DNA of 52,193 nucleotides from a virus (Duplodnaviria; Caudoviricetes): IMG/VR virus record IMGVR_UViG_3300027754_000129, positions 1 to 52,193 of that record; one strand, 5' to 3'. Shown piece by piece: positions 29,421 to 36,471 of this stretch (position 1 is its first letter; each line of letters starts with the position of its first letter). The notes under the pieces were generated by a model. It saw only the letters and a program-made list of their open reading frames with translations, ran no database searches and was not told where the DNA came from. The position numbers and the translations under genes were made by a program.

Positions 29421-29807
29421 ATGGAAAAGTTAATTTTTACAAATGAGTTTAATGCTCACCAAGGCGACTGCCAATTACATTCAATCTCCAAATTACCAAC
29501 AACAGCAAAAAAAGTTCAAAAAACTTTCTTCGCAAAATCAGAAAAATCTGGTCATGCTCATGCTCTATGTGGTGACTATGAATTATTTGAAGATGAAAAA
29601 GGTTCAAGATTTATTGTGGTAGGTCATGATGGTGCAACACTTAATCATACAGGTTATAAAAATCTTACAAAAGAATATTGGGATACCAATAAAGTATTGC
29701 CTGTGGCTGACCATAAACCAACCCTTTTAAAAATGGGTATCTATCATGTGGGTATTCAAAGAAGAATAAATCCTTACAAAGCTGTTTGGGAGCGTGTACG
29801 TGACTAA
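29421..29807 (+). CDS. HQGD...GHxH His-rich protein, of the type seen next to DUF6745 genes
   Basis: HQGDCQL, SGHAH, LNH...DHKP..L..G.Y....QR; promoter TTTG 29351 / TATATTTG 29375. Confidence 0.7.
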   Translation: MEKLIFTNEFNAHQGDCQLHSISKLPTTAKKVQKTFFAKSEKSGHAHALCGDYELFEDEKGSRFIVVGHDGATLNHTGYKNLTKEYWDTNKVLPVADHKPTLLKMGIYHVGIQRRINPYKAVWERVRD

Positions 29808-29837
29808 TTCAATAAATAATAAATAATAAATAATATT

Positions 29838-30026
29838 ATGATTCTAGGTAAACCAGTAAGTGATTCAGTAAGTGATTCAATATGGAATTCAGTAAATATT
29901 TCAGTAGATAACTTAGTATGGAATTCAGTAAGTATCTCAATATGGAATTCAGTAAATGATTCAGTAAATAATTCAGTATGTGATTCAGTATGTAATTCAG
30001 TAGGTAATTCAATAGAAGATAAATAA
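29838..30026 (+). CDS. LGKP-(xxSV)n mini-protein 1
   Basis: MILGKPVSDSVSDSIWNSV...EDK. Confidence 0.75.
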   Translation: MILGKPVSDSVSDSIWNSVNISVDNLVWNSVSISIWNSVNDSVNNSVCDSVCNSVGNSIEDK

Positions 30027-30027
30027 T

Positions 30028-30237
30028 ATGATAGGTAAACCAATAAACATCTCAGTACATGACTCAGTAAGGAATTCAGTGGATAACTTAGTATGGAATT
30101 CAGTAAGTGATTCAGTAGAGAACTTAGTAAGTACCTCAGTATGGAACTCAGTATGGGGCTCAGTATGGAAATTAGTAAAAGCTCCAATATATGACTTTGT
30201 AAGTAACTCAGTAAAGCAATCATTAACTAATAAATAA
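30028..30237 (+). CDS. LGKP-(xxSV)n mini-protein 2
   Basis: MIGKPINISVHDSVRNSV...TNK. Confidence 0.75.
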   Translation: MIGKPINISVHDSVRNSVDNLVWNSVSDSVENLVSTSVWNSVWGSVWKLVKAPIYDFVSNSVKQSLTNK

Positions 30238-30241
30238 TATT

Positions 30242-30442
30242 ATGACACTAGGTAAACCAGTAAGTGATTCATTACATAACTTAACATATAACTCAGTATG
30301 GTTCTCAGTAGATAAATCAGTAAGGGGTTCAGTAAATAATTCACTCTGCAATTCAGTGGAGAATTTAATGTGGGATTCAATAGATAATACAGTATGGTTT
30401 CCAGTAAGAAATTTAATAGGTATATCAATATATGATAAATAA
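30242..30442 (+). CDS. LGKP-(xxSV)n mini-protein 3
   Basis: MTLGKPVSDSL...YDK. Confidence 0.75.
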   Translation: MTLGKPVSDSLHNLTYNSVWFSVDKSVRGSVNNSLCNSVENLMWDSIDNTVWFPVRNLIGISIYDK

Positions 30443-30632
30443 TATCACTCTAGGTAAACCAGTAAATATTTCAGTATATAACTCAGTATATGATTCAGTA
30501 CATAATTCAGTAAGTATTTCAATAAGTGATTCAATAAATAATTCAATAATTGATTCAATAAATAATTCAGTATTCAATACAGTAAATACTTCAGTATGGA
30601 ATTTAGTAAGTGGTTCAATAAATAAGAAATAA
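30432..30632 (+). CDS. LGKP-(xxSV)n mini-protein 4
   Basis: MINNITLGKPVNISV...NKK; the junction ATG is lost and an upstream ATG is used. Confidence 0.7.
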   Translation: MINNITLGKPVNISVYNSVYDSVHNSVSISISDSINNSIIDSINNSVFNTVNTSVWNLVSGSINKK

Positions 30633-30640
30633 ATAATATT

Positions 30641-30841
30641 ATGATTCTAGGTAAAATAATATTCAAACAAATAGATAAATCAATATCTGATTCAACATAT
30701 AAATTAGTACATGACTCAGTAAGTAATTCAATATGGGATTCAGTAAGTGTATCAATAAGTAACCCACTATGGAACTCAGTAAGTCTATCAATAAGTAACT
30801 CAGTAGGACTATACACATATAAATCAATATATAATAAATAA
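30641..30841 (+). CDS. LGKP-(xxSV)n mini-protein 5
   Basis: MILGKIIFKQIDKSISDS...YNK. Confidence 0.7.
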   Translation: MILGKIIFKQIDKSISDSTYKLVHDSVSNSIWDSVSVSISNPLWNSVSLSISNSVGLYTYKSIYNK

Positions 30842-30860
30842 TATGAAATAATAAACGAAG

Positions 30861-31172
30861 ATGAAAGATTTAAAACACATTAAAAGATTTAACGAACATC
30901 AAGAAAACTTTAATATATCTGATGTTAGTGATAGTAAATTTGAAATGATAGGCCCAGATATGGATGAGATTTTGGATGGTATAAACTTTATGAATCAAAA
31001 TTATGATGATTCTGTTAAATTAAAACCTATGGATTGGTCACTATTAGTTTCAGATAACTATTCCGTTTTTGTGAAATTTGAACCAGAAGGTGATGAAAAT
31101 AAACACATCAGATTTATGAATGATATGTTATCTGAAAATAATTTTGATTGTAAGTTATACAAGACTAAATAA
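30861..31172 (+). CDS. Hypothetical protein with capsid-targeting-like leader MKDLKHIKRFNE
   Basis: Leader resembles the T4 internal-protein CTS (MKTYQEFIAE); GTTA-GTGA-TAGT half-site at 30924. Confidence 0.65.
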   Translation: MKDLKHIKRFNEHQENFNISDVSDSKFEMIGPDMDEILDGINFMNQNYDDSVKLKPMDWSLLVSDNYSVFVKFEPEGDENKHIRFMNDMLSENNFDCKLYKTK

Positions 31173-31177
31173 AATAT

Positions 31178-31296
31178 GGTCAGGTAGCTCTAATGGTTAA
31201 GAGCAGGTGGTGAGGGAAATGTATTGATACCCAACCCATCGGACACAGCTAATACAAGTAAAGTGTAAATACAGGTTCGAATCCTTGTTCTGACAA
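31178..31296 (+). ncRNA. tRNA-like RNA with an expanded central region and no canonical anticodon arm
   Basis: GTCAGG/TCTGAC acceptor, TA-GCTC-TAATGGTTAA-GAGC D arm, ACAGG-TTCGAAT-CCTTGT T arm; about 65 nt between D and T arms. Confidence 0.6.
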
Positions 31297-31298
31297 CT

Positions 31299-31375
31299 AA
31301 ATACCGATGGAGTCCTAAGACAGAAATGTTAAAGAAGATACGCAAGTCCTCGTGAAAGTAAAGGCATCAGTATTT
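31299..31375 (+). ncRNA. Structured RNA module
   Basis: Closing stem AAATACCGATG/CATCAGTATTT; internal GACA-GAAA-TGTT and AC-GCAA-GT GNRA hairpins. Confidence 0.45.
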
Positions 31376-31378
31376 CAT

Positions 31379-31463
31379 AGTCAGGTGGCAGAAGTTGGAA
31401 ACGCTCAAGAGGGGTTAGTGTGTGGAGCACGCTTGGTTATTGGTTCGAATCCAATCCTGATTA
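31379..31463 (+). ncRNA. tRNA-like RNA (85 nt) with an aberrant anticodon arm
   Basis: AGTCAGG/CCTGATT acceptor, GC..GG..GC D arm, ATTGG-TTCGAAT-CCAAT T arm; CAAG/CTTG encloses a GTGTG-TGGAG-CACGC hairpin instead of a 7-nt loop. Confidence 0.65.
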
Positions 31464-31523
31464 CGCAAAAAACATATGGTAGAGTTTCCTTACCCTTTAA
31501 AGGATGGGTTTTATAAACCATAT

Positions 31524-31657
31524 AATAACAACTAAAAATGTGTAGGTATAAGAAGCTGGGGGAGCAGTGATGCATAAGGGTTCACACTAAGTATCTCCCT
31601 AATGGTGTGAGAAGCAATAGTCAGATTCCTGATAAATTATATCAGTTGTTATTTTTT
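31524..31657 (+). ncRNA. Pseudoknotted structured RNA
   Basis: Outer stem AATAACAACT/AGTTGTTATT; crossing pairs GGGAG/CTCCC and TCACACTA/TGGTGTGA; GCA-GTGA-TGC GNRA hairpin; T-run at the end. Confidence 0.5.
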
Positions 31658-31686
31658 TATATGAATATTTTAAGTAACTTAGTAAT

Positions 31687-31899
31687 ATGGAAAATGAATT
31701 AATAGAACTTCTTAAAGAAGTATTGGCGTTACACGGAATAAAACAAGAAGGTTATACTAACGGATTATTAGATAGGGGTGTTGTATATACTGAAACCGAC
31801 AATAAAACAATATACGCCAATTATGTTAGACAAGATATGATGAATGATTTAGATAATAGAATAATGAAAGTAATGAAAAATTATGAAAAAATTTATTAA
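31687..31899 (+). CDS. Hypothetical protein
   Basis: ORF track. Confidence 0.55.
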   Translation: MENELIELLKEVLALHGIKQEGYTNGLLDRGVVYTETDNKTIYANYVRQDMMNDLDNRIMKVMKNYEKIY

Positions 31900-32222
31900 A
31901 ATACTTGTTGATAACGATATTAAAGATGCTGAAGTTATCCAAGATAATCACTTCCTAGGTGGTTATAAAGTTATTTATGATAATATCATAACATCAATTA
32001 ACCTAGTTAAGATTATACCAAATGATGATAAGTAAAATTATTCATTATTATTTGGTCTAATAGATAATAATTAGTATATTTGTAGAAGATAAAAAATAAG
32101 TTATGAAAAGAAGTACATATGATTTCCTTAGTAATTTGGCTTTGAATGTTGCAATAGTTATGGCTTGTTTAGCAACCATCAGTAAATTATTGGTGATGTT
32201 TAAAATAATACCAGCATAAAGT

Positions 32223-32462
32223 ATGATACCAAAAGACAAAGCCAAAGAATTAGTTAATAAAATTTATTACACACTACCAAATAATGGTCATGTTAATCAG
32301 GGTATTAATAGTTGTGCTAGTAGATATGATGAAGCTAAAAAATGTGCAATAATAGCTGTTAATGAAATTTTAGATGTTGATTGTCATGATATGTCAGAAG
32401 AACTATTTGACAAACATATTGAATATTATACTCAAGTTCTAACAGAAATAGAAAAATCATGA
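32223..32462 (+). CDS. Small phage protein (PK.KAKELV...AK.CA.IAV.EI...Y..V..EIE type)
   Basis: Motif pattern in a 79-aa ORF. Confidence 0.65.
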   Translation: MIPKDKAKELVNKIYYTLPNNGHVNQGINSCASRYDEAKKCAIIAVNEILDVDCHDMSEELFDKHIEYYTQVLTEIEKS

Positions 32463-32545
32463 AAGTATCTTTTGATGGATTGAGAAGAAAGTTGTTAATG
32501 AATTACAATTCTCTCACAAAAAAATTAAACAATAATATTAGTGAT

Positions 32546-32662
32546 TGTGGATATGAAATTGATTCAGATTATAATGCATCAATCAATATTTTACATAGAG
32601 GAGCCACAGTCCCTTTATCCAAATAAACTATAATTTATATAAATTTATATGAATTTAGTAAC
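32546..32662 (+). mobile_element. 3' remnant of an IS200/IS605- or IS607-family tnpB element
   Basis: CGYEIDSDYNASINILHRG (TnpB zinc-finger end plus RuvC-III), fused in frame to an unrelated N-terminus (ORF 32459-32626), followed by an AT-rich end finishing TAGTAAC. Confidence 0.7.
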
Positions 32663-32771
32663 TGTGGGTTATTAAGGGAGAATGTTTAATCGGAGAACTG
32701 AACAAAAATTTTAAAATAAAAAGAAGGGTGGTTTTTTATCATTTTAATCTATTTATATATAAAATAAAACA

Positions 32772-33683
32772 ATGAAATATATGAGAAATTTTATTAAAAC
32801 AACAATACGAGAGTTTTTGAATAAAGAACATAATAATAGAAGTGTTAAATCTATTATGAAAAAGTATAAAAAAGATACTAAATATAATATTGAAAATAGT
32901 TTGGGTAATTGTTCATTTTTTACAAAAGATGTGATTAATTGGGCTAAAAAAAATGGATTAAAAGCAGATTATGTATATATGCCAATGTCTGAAGAATATA
33001 GAAGTAAACATAAAATAGGAAAAGATTTTGGTGGTGATGATTCCGACTGGGAAGACCACATTGTTCCTATGATTGATGGGAAAATAATTGATTTTACATA
33101 TACTAATGAAGGTGTTTCACATAAAGTTAGAAAAGTAAATACCATTCCACCAATGATAGTTAATTATGGCAAGTCTCTGTTTGAACCAAACGGTATGTAT
33201 GGTAGATTTGGGTATACTAAACCAGAAATAAATACTGAATACGGTAATTCAAAGGATATAAACCAATTTCAAGTATCTAAACCAAAGTTAAAAACTTTAC
33301 AAGAATCAATAGATAAAACTGCTGGTGTATGGGTAACAGATGAAAAATTTGAAGATGGTACTGATTTTAAAATTAAATTTAAAGTTAGTGATATTATAGA
33401 ATTGGCAAAAAACAAACCAGTAAAAGAAGTAAACCCAAAGTCAATAGATTATGATTTTAGTGGTAGAAAAGAAGATGAAGGTGAAACCAATAAACGAGTT
33501 ATGGATGCAAATTTATCTTACCCAATATTAGTTGTTCAAAATGATAAAGGTAAAATATTCGGAATGCTAGACGGAACACATAGATTACAAAAAGCATTAA
33601 CAATGAAGTTAGATAAAATTAAAATTAAAATTTTTAACAAAGAAGAACTATTACCTTTTAAAGTAGAAGAGTTTAAATATTAA
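32772..33683 (+). CDS. Leader-bearing two-domain protein: Cys-His-Asp (transglutaminase/papain-like) domain plus ParB-like domain
   Basis: Leader RNFIKTTIREFLN; GNC...HIV..IDG.IIDFT; internal LQE; YPILV......LDGTHRL.KA. Confidence 0.65.
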   Translation: MKYMRNFIKTTIREFLNKEHNNRSVKSIMKKYKKDTKYNIENSLGNCSFFTKDVINWAKKNGLKADYVYMPMSEEYRSKHKIGKDFGGDDSDWEDHIVPMIDGKIIDFTYTNEGVSHKVRKVNTIPPMIVNYGKSLFEPNGMYGRFGYTKPEINTEYGNSKDINQFQVSKPKLKTLQESIDKTAGVWVTDEKFEDGTDFKIKFKVSDIIELAKNKPVKEVNPKSIDYDFSGRKEDEGETNKRVMDANLSYPILVVQNDKGKIFGMLDGTHRLQKALTMKLDKIKIKIFNKEELLPFKVEEFKY

Positions 33684-33688
33684 AAAAT

Positions 33689-33820
33689 ATGGAAAAAGAA
33701 CTAACAATTGAACGTAAAGTTATAGAAGGTGTTGAGCATTTTGACTACATCTTAAAATATTACTTAGGTGAAGAAGATTTTAAAAAGTATGTCATTGATG
33801 GTGCGGAGATTGTTCCTTAA
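33689..33820 (+). CDS. 43-aa hypothetical protein ending just before the attC-like site
   Basis: MEKELTIERKVIEGVEHFDYILKYYLGEEDFKKYVIDGAEIVP*; stop 1 nt before ATGG-CTTA-TAAC. Confidence 0.55.
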   Translation: MEKELTIERKVIEGVEHFDYILKYYLGEEDFKKYVIDGAEIVP

Positions 33821-33821
33821 A

Positions 33822-33926
33822 ATGGCTTATAACGATTGGGTGTATGAGAAGGTTTGCTTGTAGAAACTTTAAAATTAACCACTACCGTTGATAGCAAACT
33901 TTCTTATACACCTTGTTATATGCAGT
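33822..33926. mobile_element. attC-like recombination hairpin, copy 1
   Basis: TATAAC...GGTGTATGAGAAGGTTTGCT-loop-AGCAAACTTTCTTATACACC-TT-GTTATA; 20-bp stem with two G:T pairs; arms identical to copy 2. Confidence 0.75.
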
Positions 33927-34038
33927 GCGGATTTAACCTACAAACTTTGATACGAGAGATAAACCTTTTTCTTTTATTTTTTGTGGGTGGAAATTTAAAA
34001 TTTGAATATTTTTATATAAAAGAAAACTATTTATTATT

Positions 34039-34851
34039 ATGGAACTAAGAAATTTTATAAAGACCGCTATACGAGAATATTTGAATGAACAACAGATATT
34101 GAAAGAAAATAACAATTTAGATGACATTGATATTAGTAAATTACTTAATAAGTTTATTTCTGACCCAGTAGAATTAATGCGAATACTCAATGTTAGTACA
34201 GTTGATTTGTTTTCACCAGAACAATCAATGAAACTAACATTATTTGCCGCTAAATTTAAAGATGGTTTATATAATCACTGGGCAGAAATACATAAAAACT
34301 TAACAGCAACTATTGATGGTATGGATGTATCAAAACACCTTAAACAATTAATATATCCAACAGACGTTACATACTTAATAAAAGATACTGATAATTTTTT
34401 AAAAAAATTAGAAAATAGAGTTAAACAAAGAAAAAATACTGCAATGAAACAAGATGATTATTCCAATCCATATGGTCGAGTTTGGGATGAAATAACGCCT
34501 TTATCTGTTGTTGAAGATTCATTAAAAAACCCAAATACCAAATATAATTACACTCAATATGAATATGCACAAGCAGATTTAGACTTACAACTTATAAAAT
34601 TAATTAGAAGTGGAAATTTAGAAGTAAAAACATCAGCAAGTGAAGGTTTTAACAATGAAATTATAGATATTTTAAAAAATGGATTAAAAGGTGAAGAATT
34701 ATTAAATCTAATTCATATTTCAGATTTAAGAAGATTTGTTGAAAAATTTTGGAGAAAAAATAAAAAAGATATTGAGATTAAATATATTGATGCAAAAAAC
34801 AAAGGAGCTAATCAGATATTAGTTAACACAATTGAAGGGCTGAAAAAATAA
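34039..34851 (+). CDS. Cassette-borne hypothetical protein with capsid-targeting-like leader
   Basis: MELRNFIKTAIREYLNEQQILKE; TATTTAT at 34028; flanked by two attC-like sites. Confidence 0.75.
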   Translation: MELRNFIKTAIREYLNEQQILKENNNLDDIDISKLLNKFISDPVELMRILNVSTVDLFSPEQSMKLTLFAAKFKDGLYNHWAEIHKNLTATIDGMDVSKHLKQLIYPTDVTYLIKDTDNFLKKLENRVKQRKNTAMKQDDYSNPYGRVWDEITPLSVVEDSLKNPNTKYNYTQYEYAQADLDLQLIKLIRSGNLEVKTSASEGFNNEIIDILKNGLKGEELLNLIHISDLRRFVEKFWRKNKKDIEIKYIDAKNKGANQILVNTIEGLKK

Positions 34852-34899
34852 AACAAAAAGATTATAACCACGAAACTTAATACGAAGGACAAACGTAGC

Positions 34900-35000
34900 A
34901 TCGCATATAACGATTGGGTGTATGAGAAGGTTTGCTTAGATGAACTTTCAAACTACAACTGCTGATAGCAAACTTTCTTATACACCTTGTTATACACAGT
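34900..35000. mobile_element. attC-like recombination hairpin, copy 2
   Basis: Same arms as 33822-33926 with a different loop and flanks. Confidence 0.75.
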
Positions 35001-35083
35001 ACGGTAAAATCATACAAATGCTTGATTGAACCACTAAACAAAAACTTTTAAAAACCTGAATATTTATATATAAAAGTAAAACT

Positions 35084-35704
35084 ATGAGTGAAGATATACG
35101 TAAAATAATAGATAAGGTTAAAAACTTTAAACAATTTATGAACGAAGGCGTTAATAATGTAATTTTTTATCATAATAGTGATTACGATTTTGAAAATTTT
35201 TTAATACAAAAAAAAGAAGATAAATTAAAAAGAGATTACTTGTTTTTTTCTAATGAAAGAAATACATTTATAGATAGAAAATATACATACACCGTAGAAT
35301 TAAAGTTTAATTCGGATAAAATATTCAACTGTTATAAACATATAAATAGTTTTGGTTTAAAATATACATTGGCTAAACATGAAAACAATATTAAAAATAT
35401 GTTTAGTAAAAATATTGATTATTTTTATGAAGAATGGATAAAAGTTGGTGTAGATTCACCAGATGAAGTTTTGGAATATTTTATTAGTGAAGGTGGTGAT
35501 GAAAATGATAAAGTTGGATTATTGTTTTATTTTTTAACAAAATGGAATGATTCGTGGGTTATTATTGAAACTGATATATTCTTAAAATATATCGAATCTA
35601 AAGGTTTTACTGGATTTGTTACGCAAGAAGAAGGTCTTTTAAACTTAGGATTAAAAGATGATTTTAATGCTGTTATTATCAAAAAGGAAGAGATGTGGGG
35701 TTAA
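35084..35704 (+). CDS. Cassette-borne leader-bearing protein, possible ADP-ribosyltransferase-like domain
   Basis: Leader MSEDIRKIIDKVKNFKQFMNE; FYHNS..F..F, LFFS, Y.VELK, KGFTGF..EE pattern reminiscent of ART-PolyVal domains. Confidence 0.55.
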   Translation: MSEDIRKIIDKVKNFKQFMNEGVNNVIFYHNSDYDFENFLIQKKEDKLKRDYLFFSNERNTFIDRKYTYTVELKFNSDKIFNCYKHINSFGLKYTLAKHENNIKNMFSKNIDYFYEEWIKVGVDSPDEVLEYFISEGGDENDKVGLLFYFLTKWNDSWVIIETDIFLKYIESKGFTGFVTQEEGLLNLGLKDDFNAVIIKKEEMWG

Positions 35705-35763
35705 ATTCTTTTTGTTTTTAATCACAAAATACAAATCGAAGAACTGAACTAAGGCATGGAGCA

Positions 35764-35819
35764 TAACTACTTGCTATACGAACTTTTAATTGTATAAAAA
35801 ATGAAAGTTATTAAAAAAC
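35764..35819 (+). repeat. 56-bp element at a cassette end, copy 1 (left half-site plus translation start)
   Basis: 54/56 identical to 39509-39564; identity begins exactly at TAAC. Confidence 0.85.
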
Positions 35820-36091
35820 AGTTAGATGACCATACAATCAAAATTATGGTTATCTCTCATAGATTTAAAGATTTCCCAAATATTGTTTGCTCTGGTTCAA
35901 AGATATATCAACTACCTTGTCAAATAAGTAAGAAATCATTCCCATTAAAAGAATTATTACCAAAATATCATCAAGGTTCTATTGTTTATATAATTAACTC
36001 CAAAAGAATTAATTCTAAAACACTTAAAATTAATAGTTTAAGGGTTAATGAAGAATTTATTTTATATAAAACTGAAACTTGTCCATTTTAA
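35801..36091 (+). CDS. Hypothetical protein ending in CPF
   Basis: Starts inside the 56-bp repeat. Confidence 0.6.
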   Translation: MKVIKKQLDDHTIKIMVISHRFKDFPNIVCSGSKIYQLPCQISKKSFPLKELLPKYHQGSIVYIINSKRINSKTLKINSLRVNEEFILYKTETCPF

Positions 36092-36093
36092 CA

Positions 36094-36125
36094 TTTGATT
36101 ATCTAAATTATTATTCATATCTTTG
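36094..36125 (+). promoter_or_regulatory. Bacteroidota-type promoter, near-duplicate of 37594-37625
   Basis: TTTG-N20-TATCTTTG; surrounding ~55 bp nearly identical to the 37588 region. Confidence 0.75.
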
Positions 36126-36140
36126 ATAAAAAAATAAATT

Positions 36141-36440
36141 ATGAGAGGTTTTATAGATAAAAGAGAAAAGGGGTGGTTTGTTGCGTATGTTGCACTATCC
36201 AATCTGGCTGATGGAACTATCATAAAAGAACTTCCATTACATCCTGAAACTATTCAAGAATTTAAAGAATTGTCGGAAAGGTTTGATAATTTAGAGGCGA
36301 GGATATTTGAGAATCCTAAAGTTGATTTTACGATTATAGAAGAATGTTCTAATTATGATGGAAAACACTTTAGTAAGGATTGTAATTGTAAAGAAGGGTT
36401 CGTTCAATATGCAAATATTAAGATAAGTGATAAATTTTAA
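36141..36440 (+). CDS. Hypothetical protein
   Basis: 99-aa ORF after a promoter. Confidence 0.6.
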   Translation: MRGFIDKREKGWFVAYVALSNLADGTIIKELPLHPETIQEFKELSERFDNLEARIFENPKVDFTIIEECSNYDGKHFSKDCNCKEGFVQYANIKISDKF

Positions 36441-36471
36441 TGAGGATAAAAAGAAATAAATAAAAAATATT

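Larger units (their letters stand above)
29826..30841 (+). repeat. Five tandem 193-211 bp gene units, each built from 12-bp sub-repeats
   Basis: Junction ATAAATAATAT(TATG)AnnCTAGGTAAA at 29826, 30019, 30230, 30435, 30629 (stub at 30834); internal (G/A)A(T/C)TCAGTAnnn repeats. Confidence 0.9.

Noticed and set aside
29804-30816. Minus-strand ORFs over the LGKP array
   Set aside because: Antisense shadows of the 12-bp repeats; the + strand ORFs have conserved starts, stops and junctions.
29826-30841. CRISPR array or DGR
   Set aside because: Units are ~200 bp, coding and internally repetitive; the repeats are not palindromic or constant; no cas or reverse transcriptase gene and no adenine-specific TR/VR pair.
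31340-31375. HDV-like/theta ribozyme suggested by TCCTCGTG after a tRNA-like gene
   Set aside because: The flanks AAG and AAA cannot form P3, and no P1/P2 nesting was found; no hammerhead CTGATGA core either.
31178-31657. tmRNA partner for SmpB
   Set aside because: No GGGG 5' end, no G3:U70 acceptor, intact D stems and no tag reading frame.
33854-34190. ORFs 33854-34048 (+) and 33933-34190 (-)
   Set aside because: The first starts at TTG inside the attC-like hairpin and reads through it; the second is antisense to 34039.
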